A DNA stretch of 61,413 nt, filler included. It is 7 parts of 7 records of this genome, joined end to end, with 100 filler letters (N's around TTAATTAATTAA, not from the genome) between each part and the next. Parts side by side here need not be neighbours in the genome. Positions count along the whole stretch, not along the records: positions 33,292 to 41,426 come from SRR15195285_738; positions 41,527 to 46,918 come from SRR15195285_741; positions 47,019 to 51,237 come from SRR15195285_745; 4 more parts are not named here. The stretch is one strand, 5' to 3'. Below the pieces are notes generated by a model that was not told the DNA's origin, made no database searches, and saw only the letters and a list, made by a program, of their open reading frames with translations. Shown in pieces: positions 39,701 through 47,585 of the stretch. Positions within the stretch are counted from its first letter, which is position 1, and every line of letters begins with the position of its first letter. Made by a program: the position numbers and the translations under genes.

Positions 39701-41426
39701 TGCCGTCGTCCTCGTTAGCAAACGTGGCATGGTTGATCGCATTTGGATCTGTGCATCCAAGTCTCACGACTGCACATCCTTGTGGACCCCGTGGATCCCC
39801 GATGAACCCCCTGGGACATACGCAGGAATGCTGGCCTTGCCCCTCGTATTTGCATTCCGACCCGGGAGGGCAGTCATCATCCGCAGTAGTGCACGGATCG
39901 ATCTCGCAGCTCCCATCATCACTGTTGGCAGATAGCAGAAAATTGGTCGCAACCGGATTGGTGCAGCCATATATACGAGCCATACATACACCAAACTGTG
40001 TGTTTGCGGTAGGGTTGTAGTTTAAGGCCGTCTCATCGATGCAACCGTAGACTCTTCGAATGCAGCTGCCATCATCTGCATTGGCGGTGGCATTGTAATT
40101 CCAGCTGGATGCATCCATGCAACCTAGCACCTTTGCAACGCAAGAACCATCATCCAAGTCTGCTGCGGTGTCAAAGTTCAGTGCTTCTGCGTCCGTACAG
40201 CCCAGGATTGGATTTGGTTCGCAATTGAACCCATCCCAGAAGAACCCTACAGGGCACTCACATTCGGAAGACCCGGGTCCGGTGAAGACGCAGGTCGCTG
40301 AATCAGGACACCCATGTGTCCCAGTTGCACATGGATTGTAGTAGCACGTGCTAGGATCTTCCTCAGTATCTGCAGATAGATCGAAATTGTGTGCACCGGG
40401 ATGAAAAGAGCAACTCATATATTCGCAACGCTGCCTGGCAGTATCAAAGTGGACCCCTCGAACCTCTACCTCAGCGCAGGATGCCGCGTTGGCTATGTCA
40501 ATTGAAGTGCAAGTAGGACCATCTGTACAGCCCTTGATTTCAGGCACGCATCGCATTTCATCACCTCCAATGTTTTTGTAGTTGGGTAGGCACATGCATT
40601 CATAGCTATCTGCACCAATATTGGGTACGCATAAAGTGTTGGCACCGCATGCGACCTCTGCCAATTCTTCGCACCGATCGATGATGCAAGTGCCATCGTC
40701 AGTGTTGGCATTAGGATTCCTGTTGACCGCGTACTCGCTAGTGCATCCTAGGACAACTGCGACACATCCGTCATCCTCGCCGGTCGGCATCGTGTTCGCA
40801 GCAGGGTTGTAGTTGTAAGCTTCCTCCCACATGCATCCAACGACAACAGACTCACAACCACCATTGTCTACCGTTGCAGTTGACATGTAGTTGAAGGCAT
40901 CCGGATCGGTGCAGCCAAGGATGATCTCAGTTTCGCAACTAGCACCGAAAAAATTGGCACTGCATTTGCAACCATAGGCATCTAATTGGTTAGCTTCGAA
41001 AAATTCATAGTCTTGGCAGTTGCCACCACAGCAACGTGCACTTGGCAATGTGGCGAAGTTGTCGCGACCGAGACAGCAACGCCCATCAGACTCTCGATAG
41101 TTAAAGGAAATGCAGCCTTCGTTCTGTGTACACAACGCCGCGCATTCCGGCCTATTCAGGTCTGTTTGACACAGCCACTCCTGCTCGCGATACATTTTGC
41201 AGCCCTCGAAAGGGCCCGCGAAGTTCGCAACGGAACTGGAACTGATGGTATACGCTGGAACAATGCTCGATTCATAGCACGTCGCGCCATTCTGGCACGG
41301 TGCGGACGAGCACTCGTCGATGTCAACCTCGCACTCCTCGCCACCCCAACCATCCGCACAAACGCACGTGTAGTCATCAACAGCAATCGTCGCAATTGTT
41401 GAGTCTAAGCAAGCACCACTGTTCTG
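33783..41426 (-). CDS. 5'-truncated polycystin-1-like receptor (at least 2547 aa): EGF, PAN, 9 GCTD-type repeats, REJ, GAIN/GPS-like, ~5 TM, SAM, Ser/Gly/Arg-rich tail
   Basis: Frame stays open to the contig end and encodes EGF upstream of the listed Met. REJ motifs LDASTSYDP..LSFAWTC and NEPPSAG..VEPTAGTALVTVFTI..DEDRPLSYRF; GPS-like CGSWNASTGIW; SAM VALFLAEVRLEHY..LSEMGMS. Confidence 0.85.
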   Translation of the reverse strand, partial: QNSGACLDSTIATIAVDDYTCVCADGWGGEECEVDIDECSSAPCQNGATCYESSIVPAYTISSSSVANFAGPFEGCKMYREQEWLCQTDLNRPECAALCTQNEGCISFNYRESDGRCCLGRDNFATLPSARCCGGNCQDYEFFEANQLDAYGCKCSANFFGASCETEIILGCTDPDAFNYMSTATVDNGGCESVVVGCMWEEAYNYNPAANTMPTGEDDGCVAVVLGCTSEYAVNRNPNANTDDGTCIIDRCEELAEVACGANTLCVPNIGADSYECMCLPNYKNIGGDEMRCVPEIKGCTDGPTCTSIDIANAASCAEVEVRGVHFDTARQRCEYMSCSFHPGAHNFDLSADTEEDPSTCYYNPCATGTHGCPDSATCVFTGPGSSECECPVGFFWDGFNCEPNPILGCTDAEALNFDTAADLDDGSCVAKVLGCMDASSWNYNATANADDGSCIRRVYGCIDETALNYNPTANTQFGVCMARIYGCTNPVATNFLLSANSDDGSCEIDPCTTADDDCPPGSECKYEGQGQHSCVCPRGFIGDPRGPQGCAVVRLGCTDPNAINHATFANEDDGTCVYFCDDSQGCCQDPEQCGSDAFNRCDPGWTGPSCTVNIDYCTSMPCENSGECVDDDDEHTYSCSCTSGFEGDNCAEDIDECADAPCLNAGACTQGMGASVERFVCSCVTGYSGRTCATCESGEQSAETAIAVEAHLAPSLRTVDFAIDGHTRDLVDGPALSTCVALLQRIIRHGISLSPEVALGSQALCEHQESANTLRISVGVDGHIYPNDEFVLQPCTIWTIYQETLSGPIEHALWGTLTIRAPTDPVHPSAVIIGPDQLSHGSDRRPCVDFIELDGSTSSGGASSTSSLTTQWSWDTPDGAVFPGMEQILLNATGSLRLVLPTSEWPNLHVNYLDRGQDLTFYLTIFDPVLQLEDTTSHSVRRIAKDVPLVSIQGPSPMEVRCSQPVLLHATANLPTCRSEGRLELVWYINSDRQQDETTTTLYISRGKLARGLSNVVQVQAHHRTSNNVVTTSIDSVVLTCKPEPMIASITGGTRRLVGYDEVFSLDASTSYDPAAAEDATLSFAWTCKKDDGRDCFDTSELGFSEIWEIDAQELSDTDSTYEFSVIVSNEGRSASATVFITKVGWVPPSVGITVRDQLHTKVNNDEKLTLQGDITTRGLEYTSYWSWPDSDDCAYLVLGDDSLLTERSATNLVLQPYVLQPGNVYCFKLTATTGMVQGYSQLTIEVNEPPSAGVAVVEPTAGTALVTVFTIRATDFYDEDRPLSYRFGYGSHDTIRYLSDFQRLSQVGSLLPPGDVSSAGSYPAFVEAEDMYGSRSSAVGSVSVSPIQAGTGTIESLATRLLDGASAQGDVQKSAQIVQSIADTLNHAGTRRRLAESAETCEVDSCTGYIPGTAESPSTSCPPTCSLTRTDAGETCTAIVFDCTTGYIPGDAVEPSTTCPSGCVFTEAEDNIEDFTSTRRLLVENLRSLTETQTVTSDIAERLAQTLASITTVSIELDATSVMTTVSVCEDLSHGDYSMNDATAGSILSSMHSAIAASAVLYASDQDTLRATLLRCEAALHKTGAAVGSQRVAGEVAFEQDHRLFAIAIQVYPRTATSTFSLPARLLDSADSAENIVDSDGAHSSLIEWKSDSFPQQTNPEQGTLFGSSVFSLNIGDRALVGRRSSDRVRLDMQIFASSQNVTLGCGSWNASTGIWQIEASTSSERLSSEVLRCSFASIGSYVALPVQDSTTVSLNVAKNDEGLVDDSTEAETFSAFQCALLLLLCAVAAAILVVFSIHLRAIGTLALRPRSCVARRRADSLAKASVPFALCCTVNVSCAYRSVHLTALAFEITLIICGSVLIPPIIAATASWWAGAIVAVIEFALADLTVTPIRQMLVGGGWSATVAKIHPDYKDDGYDKPVADATGALKIALRARWCVSLACLLSLFAVCVTTALDLLLSTEDQIEAGSSIVIAVAVALRVVIELALLVIISMCGSSHLRSNSYEEWSDDGVRRHSADLSSDSTRSRSSGHLPASSLRASSLKSGSLKSGSLRNIKSGSLRNVKSSSLRSKSVNFSKTTKTGEDRKVSSYRERGEEQGGVRSQIDGSGSFRDVALFLAEVRLEHYAGEFHRIGARSPDDLAHISTEDLSEMGMSLLEQRRFEFAMREAVHGRGEDRGDDSSDGAGSLRSDSIKSGGSFVSAGGSFKAPSGGSFVSGGQSFRSGAGGESFRSGGSFRSGSFRSGGSFRAGSLQSAGSFNSDGSFSAQGSFRANTLRSGGDSYRSGGSFKSGSFKVGDPALRSKSILSSGSSAGGASKLTSNSVSRGGRYDDGDLRSNSSWKYRAALESLQQGNSGSNYLRGSVDDTGGRSGQTSSSTFALGSTAKAKAKGGGKLDLRRVLRAKPAATAGSNIRSSSSTRSILNVGGGSSVRSRRSNAVDSGGSVGSQGSFKVSKSAQSSGGSILSRSSRARRNSDSDSFRERETSGTARERDRMDRENRSSRRSRRFSDEMSDASFRENERRKEIAAIEAEALAEAMEQADGGR

Positions 41427-41526
41427 NNNNNNNNNNNNNNNNNNNNNNNNNNNNNNNNNNNNNNNNNNNNTTAATTAATTAANNNNNNNNNNNNNNNNNN
41501 NNNNNNNNNNNNNNNNNNNNNNNNNN
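41427..41526. other. Synthetic contig linker
   Basis: N44-TTAATTAATTAA-N44. Confidence 0.98.
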
Positions 41527-41854
41527 AAAACGGTTAATGCGAAACGGTTGCCAAATCACACGCCTGGCTACCATACTCCAATGACTCTAGTACCGAGTGT
41601 ACACATGATTTATCACCGGGCTATTTGTTTGTCATGCTATTATGAATAGGAATCCGTACCGGATTTATCCCTTCTTCTTGGTTTTTTTTTGTGTGATTGA
41701 CCGTTGACGCAGCCGTTCGCGGGAAAGCGGCGCCGTTGCCGGAGCACGCAGCAGGAGCAACGCCAACGCCAGGGTGGTCCTTCGCTGCTGCACCAGAGAG
41801 CAGCTCCTGCTGGGCACAGCCAGTCGAGCCGTGCTGGTTGCGACTGCTCAGCTC

Positions 41855-41875
41855 TGTGTGTGTGTGTGTGTGTGT
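41855..41875 (+). repeat. (TG)n microsatellite
   Basis: Read directly from the sequence. Confidence 0.9.
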
Positions 41876-41974
41876 CACTGTACGTCTGGCTCTTCGTCTC
41901 TCCGGTGATCGACACCTAAGACAGTGTCTGCGCACGCAAGTAGGTAGGGAGCGGTCAACAGGGCAGCGGCTGGT

Positions 41975-44774
41975 ATGGCCGTGCCTCCGTCGTCTCCTGG
42001 CGAGCCGCTGGCGGCTGGGGCATCGGTGCCCTTACCTCGCGTTCGGAAGAATGACGTGTTGTTCTATGTACCAGAGGACGACAACGGCGCCGTGACGTAC
42101 TATCCACAGGTCGTGAAGTTGGACAGCCCACGATTCCGTGCGTCGATGGAGTTCCATGGGGTGGAGATGTTCCAGCTGGAACGGCAGCCGGAGCACGGGC
42201 CCTATGGTAGCAAGGTCGGTTCTGCGGGGCCGCTGGTGGCGCGCAAGCGTAGGGATGCGTGGGATAAGTTGCGCGCCAAAAATCTCGGCATTGTGCTTCG
42301 CGGCCGGGACAAGATGGTGCAGCAGGAGGCACGCGAAAAGGAGGCAAGGCTGAAGGCGGCGGCCGAAGGCTTTGGCCAAGTATCGATCGCGGAGCAGTTG
42401 CAGGAGCAGCGGAGCGCCATGATAGCCATGGCAGAAGCGCAGGCCAAAGCTACGGGCGAGGCCATGCAGCGTCGGCTGGCAGACGTACAGAAACAGGTGG
42501 AGTCTGAGAAGTCCCTCGCCGACGCCCGGGTCAAGAAGCAGAAGGAAATCATGATCGAGCTAGAGAAGCGCAAGGAAGCGCAGCGCAAGAAGACAGCCGC
42601 GCAGAGAAAGCAGGCACAACAGGCTCAACTGGAGCGGGAACGACTGAAAGCAGAGCGCTACGAGAAGCAGCAGGCAGAGAAGGCGTCGAAGCTGTACAAG
42701 TATGCTGAGGCGGATCAGGTTCGGGAGGCGGAAGCGGCCCAGCGGCGCTCGGAGTTGCGCCGTCGATCCCTGGCGTTTGCACGGAAGCATCAGCGCAAGA
42801 TTGCAAGGATCAAGGCAGCGAAAATTGTGAAAGAAGAGGAGCGCGTGATTATGGGCGAAGAAACTGCGGTTAAAGTGGCGGAGAGCGAGAAAATTAGGAT
42901 GGAACGGGTGGCAGCACGAAAGGAGGCAGTGATGGCAGAAAATAAGGAGCGCAGCAGACAAGCCGAGATCCGGTTGCAGAGCCACATCGAGAAGCTTGCA
43001 AGACAGGAAGAAGAGCTGAAGGTGGCAGCTGCAAAGAAAGAAGTTGAGGTCACAGAGCGCGTGGCGGCAAACAAGAAGCGAATTGCAGAGGAAACAGAGG
43101 CAGCGAGGGCGGAGGAAAAGAAGAAGGCCGAGGTCATTGCTCAGAAGCTGTTGATGGGTGAAGCGCATCGAAAAGAGAAGGCAAAAGTGCTGGTACGTGG
43201 GCGGCAATGGCTTCTGTTTCGGCTTCTGATGTAGTAGCCTCAGAGGCCCGCGAATCCATGGTCGCTGTCTGTTGTGGCGTAGCGATATATGAAATAGGAA
43301 GATTAGACTGGGTTGCAAATACGTAGTCTGCACGTCACGTCGACTAGGCGAACCGTTGCATCTGGTGCTGTTTCTCATTGCACCACTGCAATGTGTTGGC
43401 CCACAGGCGGCGGCGGCGGCGGAAAAAGACGCAGAGATTGCTGAAGTTCAGAAACGGCGAGAGGAAGGATATGTGGTGCGGGCGGAGGACAGCCGGCTGA
43501 AATTTGCAGAGAAAAGAGATTTTGTGGACCGGAAAAAGCGGCTTGAGGAAGCAGCGCGGTGCGTCGGTCCTGCGTCCAGGTTAGTGGTAGATAGCTGTCT
43601 TATTTGGTTGTGTTTGGGCAGGCGCAAGCGAGAGGAGCAGGTGGAAGAGAAGGACCATTACACCACCGAAGTAATTCAGCAGAAACGAGAGTATGTGGCA
43701 ATGCGGAGAGACATGGCGATACGTTCTATGGTTGAGGTAACACCGGCTGATGACACGACTCGTTGCTTGTTGCTCCGGCTGTGCATGGTTGAACAAGATT
43801 TTTCACGCCCTGCTCAGTACTGAATCTGGTGTGACCACGCCGTCGAATGTGGCAGGTGCGCTCGCTCTTTGACGCTGCGAAGGAAAACAGACCCGCGTCC
43901 GCCGATCCAACAGGGATCGAGGTGCGAGCAGCCGAACTTAGACAGCGCGAGCTGGAGCTATCCAGCTGTCCTGGTGGGAAAGGGGGCAGCAAGAGTTCCA
44001 GTTCTGCCTCAGCTGGCATGGTGAGTAGAGCAACCCCAACTCTGCATGCTACACGTTGTCCACTGCGGCTTCGTATCAGGCGCGTGCTTGCATCCTTGTA
44101 TGTTGCTTACACACGTGAAGTGCCAGCTGCTTACACACGTGAAGTGCCACCCATTTGCTGCAAGGTGGTCGCTTACTTGTATGTGCCTCTTGATTGTCGG
44201 CGTGACCTGCCTCCAATACCAGGGACGTGGCGTGCTGACGGTTGCGGCTCCGTCTAAATCAAACGGATGGATTGGCGAGGTTGAATCGTCGATCGAACTG
44301 CAACCCTACAACCCAGACGGCCACGCAGAGAAGAGCTTCTCCCGCCCTCACTCTGCAGCCTCAGTCGTGTCTACACGCTCAATGCCCGAGATGGGCATGA
44401 GCAAGCGCGGCAGCAGGGTTAGCATTCGGCGGAGCCAGGATGGCAGCCGTGTCGCTTCACAAGGTGCTGGAGCAATCGTTGGGCGTCGCAAGCTTCAGGT
44501 ACTGAACGAGGAAGAACAGCAACTAAAGAAGATGGTTGCTGCTGTGAAGGCCCGTGGCGGTGTTGGCGAGGGCTGGCGCCTGTACGCGCCTGGGCTGCAC
44601 GTTGGGCTGAGTTGCAAGACGGATGAGCATATTGTCGAAAAGAACAGCTTCGCCAATGGTCTGTATTCGGGTGTCTGGGGGGGAACGCGGCGCGGAGGAG
44701 ATATCGGCAGGCCGACAACACCTGGTGCAGCGGTGGTCGGTTCTCGCGAGGCAAACGCCACAAACCCGTTCTGA
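41975..44774 (+). CDS. Uncharacterised long coiled-coil protein (~733 aa); exons 41975-43192, 43407-43558, 43622-43736, 43856-44020, 44223-44774
   Basis: E/K/R/A-rich helical ORF continued through four in-phase GT-AG introns. Confidence 0.75.
44104..44149 (+). repeat. 24-bp-period tandem duplication inside an intron
   Basis: TGCTTACACACGTGAAGTGCCA occurs twice. Confidence 0.9.
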
Positions 44775-44893
44775 CAAATGGAACACGCAGTTGTCCAGCT
44801 TTCCACGGACTAGCAAGTCACTGGATCTTCCCAAGTCAGCGCAAATGGGTTTCAGCAATGAGCACTCAGAGCCATGCACACTACGGGTCGCCG

Positions 44894-46123
44894 TTAACAG
44901 TCCAACAGAGTTGCTCGAGCCCAAACTGGAACCGTCAAGCGATCCCTTTCTGCGCTTGTGGCGACGTTTTCTGCATGGCTGTCGTGCTGCTCCTCTGCCT
45001 CATCCCGCAGGCTGTCGCTGTTTGTCGACCCTTCGCCATCATTTTCGCGGTCCCAATAGTCGTCCTGGCATTGCCTTAAGGCCTCACGGTCGGTATGCTT
45101 ACCGTGCCGCGGCGGCTCCGCCAGCTCCTCAAGATACGCAATAGGCTCGCCTCGGACAGACGGCTGCACAGCTCCGACCTCATCGACCACAGGTGCCGCA
45201 GCTTTCATGGTGAACATCGGTGGGTGCGCTTGCATATCGAATGCGGTTACTGTGGGCACAACCTTTTGCTGCGGGTCCAAAGTCATGTGTCTGGGCAGCG
45301 AGTTCATGTCCGCCGCTGGCACCCAGCCGCGGTCATGGTCGTTTGCGCGGCTGTCCTGGGTGACCCCGTCCATCTCGCCGGCAGCTGTCGTGGACACGGC
45401 CCCCTCAACATCAAGCTCAGCCACATCACGTGGCTCTGGCAGCGGAGCCGATGCCTCCGCGCCCACAAGGTCGCTGTCAGTCTCCGGGTGACAGTCGTAC
45501 AGCCGCTCATCAGCCGCAGAACTGGTGGTCTCGGCCAGCGCAACTGGCGGGGCGTCGCGACGCGCGTCGGGTTCGTACGCGCTGAACCACGTCACCGGGC
45601 GCATCGTGCAGGACACGTTGCTGTCTACCGCAGCAGCACTAAGCACTTGCTGTAGGACGCCCAGACGCGGCCCGTCCGTCTGTCGTTGCGCCGCCAGTAG
45701 GTCCGCGTGGGCGGCCGCTGTCGCTTGCTGCGCGACACTCAGATATTTCTGCGCGGCCTGGTGCACTTGCGCACGCAGCACGCTGCCGCTGGGGCTGCTC
45801 GCGCGCAGCTCGGCACGGGCGCCGAAGAGCAGCCCCACCAGCTCATCATGCTGGTCCAGCAGCTCATTCCACCACTCCGCCAGCAGCAGCATATCAGCGT
45901 CCCGTGCCGCCTGTCGCCGCAGCACAGTCGGCGCACCGCCCTTCCGTCGCGACGACTTCACCACCGCCTCCGCAGCGGCCCGGCACGCCGCGCCAAACCC
46001 CGCGAGCTCGTCGACGTAGGCTTCCAGGGGTGGTATGGCCGTAGAGGGATCGACGAACTCGTGCATCGAGCAGCCCAGGCTGGGGCCCTCGCTCTGCTCG
46101 GCGCCGCCATCCAGGGCGACCAT
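44894..46123 (-). CDS. Hypothetical protein (409 aa), helical N-half and acidic C-half
   Basis: ATG-initiated long ORF with protein-like composition, convergent with the neighbouring gene; no recognised motif. Confidence 0.6.
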   Translation of the reverse strand: MVALDGGAEQSEGPSLGCSMHEFVDPSTAIPPLEAYVDELAGFGAACRAAAEAVVKSSRRKGGAPTVLRRQAARDADMLLLAEWWNELLDQHDELVGLLFGARAELRASSPSGSVLRAQVHQAAQKYLSVAQQATAAAHADLLAAQRQTDGPRLGVLQQVLSAAAVDSNVSCTMRPVTWFSAYEPDARRDAPPVALAETTSSAADERLYDCHPETDSDLVGAEASAPLPEPRDVAELDVEGAVSTTAAGEMDGVTQDSRANDHDRGWVPAADMNSLPRHMTLDPQQKVVPTVTAFDMQAHPPMFTMKAAAPVVDEVGAVQPSVRGEPIAYLEELAEPPRHGKHTDREALRQCQDDYWDRENDGEGSTNSDSLRDEAEEQHDSHAENVATSAERDRLTVPVWARATLLDC

Positions 46124-46918
46124 ATCGGCGGAGGGGCTCCGCCGGTGCCGTATTATCGCTACTGTACACAGTAGGGACTCCCTACACTACAGCTGTACTA
46201 TATTGTATATAGATCTACTATGAATAGTACTCGTAGTATGTACCTGGGTACTATACTCGAGTACTGGTACCGTGGTATAATACTGCACAGGACGCCGATC
46301 GGCTAACACGTAACAGAATGGTAGTATTTTCCGGTAGGGACTGCACAAAAATTGGAACCAACAGAGTGCTTAGGGTTAAGGGTAGGGTTGAGTCTATCCC
46401 GGGTCCGGAATTTCGCCTTTCTCGGGAGATGACGCAACAAATAGAAATGCAAAACAGCATTTGCACCCGGGCGGGCTCGAACCACGATCCTTCTGGTTGG
46501 TCCTGACGCGTGACGGCGCCTGACCTCTTCGATGACCAGAAGCCAAGCGTCGGGGAGGATCACCCGTTGCGCGCATTCAAAAGACGTATATCCGGGCATG
46601 CAGGTATACCGATTGCAGGGCATTGCTTATTCACACCCATATCAACGGCGTTGGCCAGGCAGCGGAATCAAGAGGTCGATGGGCGCTGCTGTCGCGCCTA
46701 AACGCGCGAAAACCGGCCACCACTCCCGTGCTGGCGCCGTGAGCACGGGTCCGAGCGCCCTCGATCGGTAGATCGGGGTTGTCCGAAGCTCTGGGCGAAG
46801 CCGCGACTCCAGCGACGACTCCAGCCGCGTGCCTCGACGCTGGCAGTCGCCTCAAATCGGGTGATCGGCGGCCGATCGGACGCCTCTGTGACGCGGCTGT
46901 GGCCGGCTGCACTCGCTG

Positions 46919-47018
46919 NNNNNNNNNNNNNNNNNNNNNNNNNNNNNNNNNNNNNNNNNNNNTTAATTAATTAANNNNNNNNNNNNNNNNNNNNNNNNNN
47001 NNNNNNNNNNNNNNNNNN
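46919..47018. other. Synthetic contig linker
   Basis: N44-TTAATTAATTAA-N44. Confidence 0.98.
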
Positions 47019-47048
47019 CTTTGTGACACCCTGCAGGGTGTCACAAAG
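47019..47048. repeat. Perfect 30-bp palindrome at contig start
   Basis: CTTTGTGACACCCTGCAGGGTGTCACAAAG equals its own reverse complement. Confidence 0.95.
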
Positions 47049-47476
47049 CGCCACTACGGCGCGCAGAGTGGCCATCGCAGTGGCGAAGTGCACGTCATGG
47101 TACTTGGCGACGCAGTTCTTCCAGCCCACAAGGCCAGGGCAGAAGCGCTTCGACTAAATCAATACTAATCACCATGCAAATGAACGCACGATTGACGATT
47201 GAACCGATCCACATCTGTGGCGTCACCTTCAATAGCCTTCAGCTGTGCTTCGATTGCCACACTAACACGCTCAGTGGGGTCTTTGATACGCAAGAGCGAC
47301 GTGCACTCCGCAGACACAGTCACTTGATTCGCAATACCAGCACCATCCCTGTTGATGGGAGCACCGCCGTTTGCTCCACCACCTCTGTGTACATGTACCG
47401 GTACACGAATTCTCTGCCTGCATTATGAGCATGGTGGCCGCGGCGTGTATCGATGTATCCTAGATAATGTGGGCGA

Positions 47477-47512
47477 GCGCGCGCGCGCGCGCGCGTATAT
47501 ATATATATATGC
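47477..47512. promoter_or_regulatory. (GC)n(TA)n alternating purine-pyrimidine tract, candidate core promoter / Z-DNA element
   Basis: GCGCGCGCGCGCGCGCGCG followed by TATATATATATATAT, about 75 bp upstream of ATG 47586; the function is inferred. Confidence 0.45.
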
Positions 47513-47585
47513 TCGCCGCCCGTGGCGCCGCGGCGGCGCGGCGCCGCGATCGCGTACCACTGTCTAGGCGCGCGTGCACGTTACA

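Noticed and set aside
47050-47432. Possible minus-strand coding fragment at the start of contig 5
   Set aside because: An open stretch exists but no convincing start, splice phase or motif.
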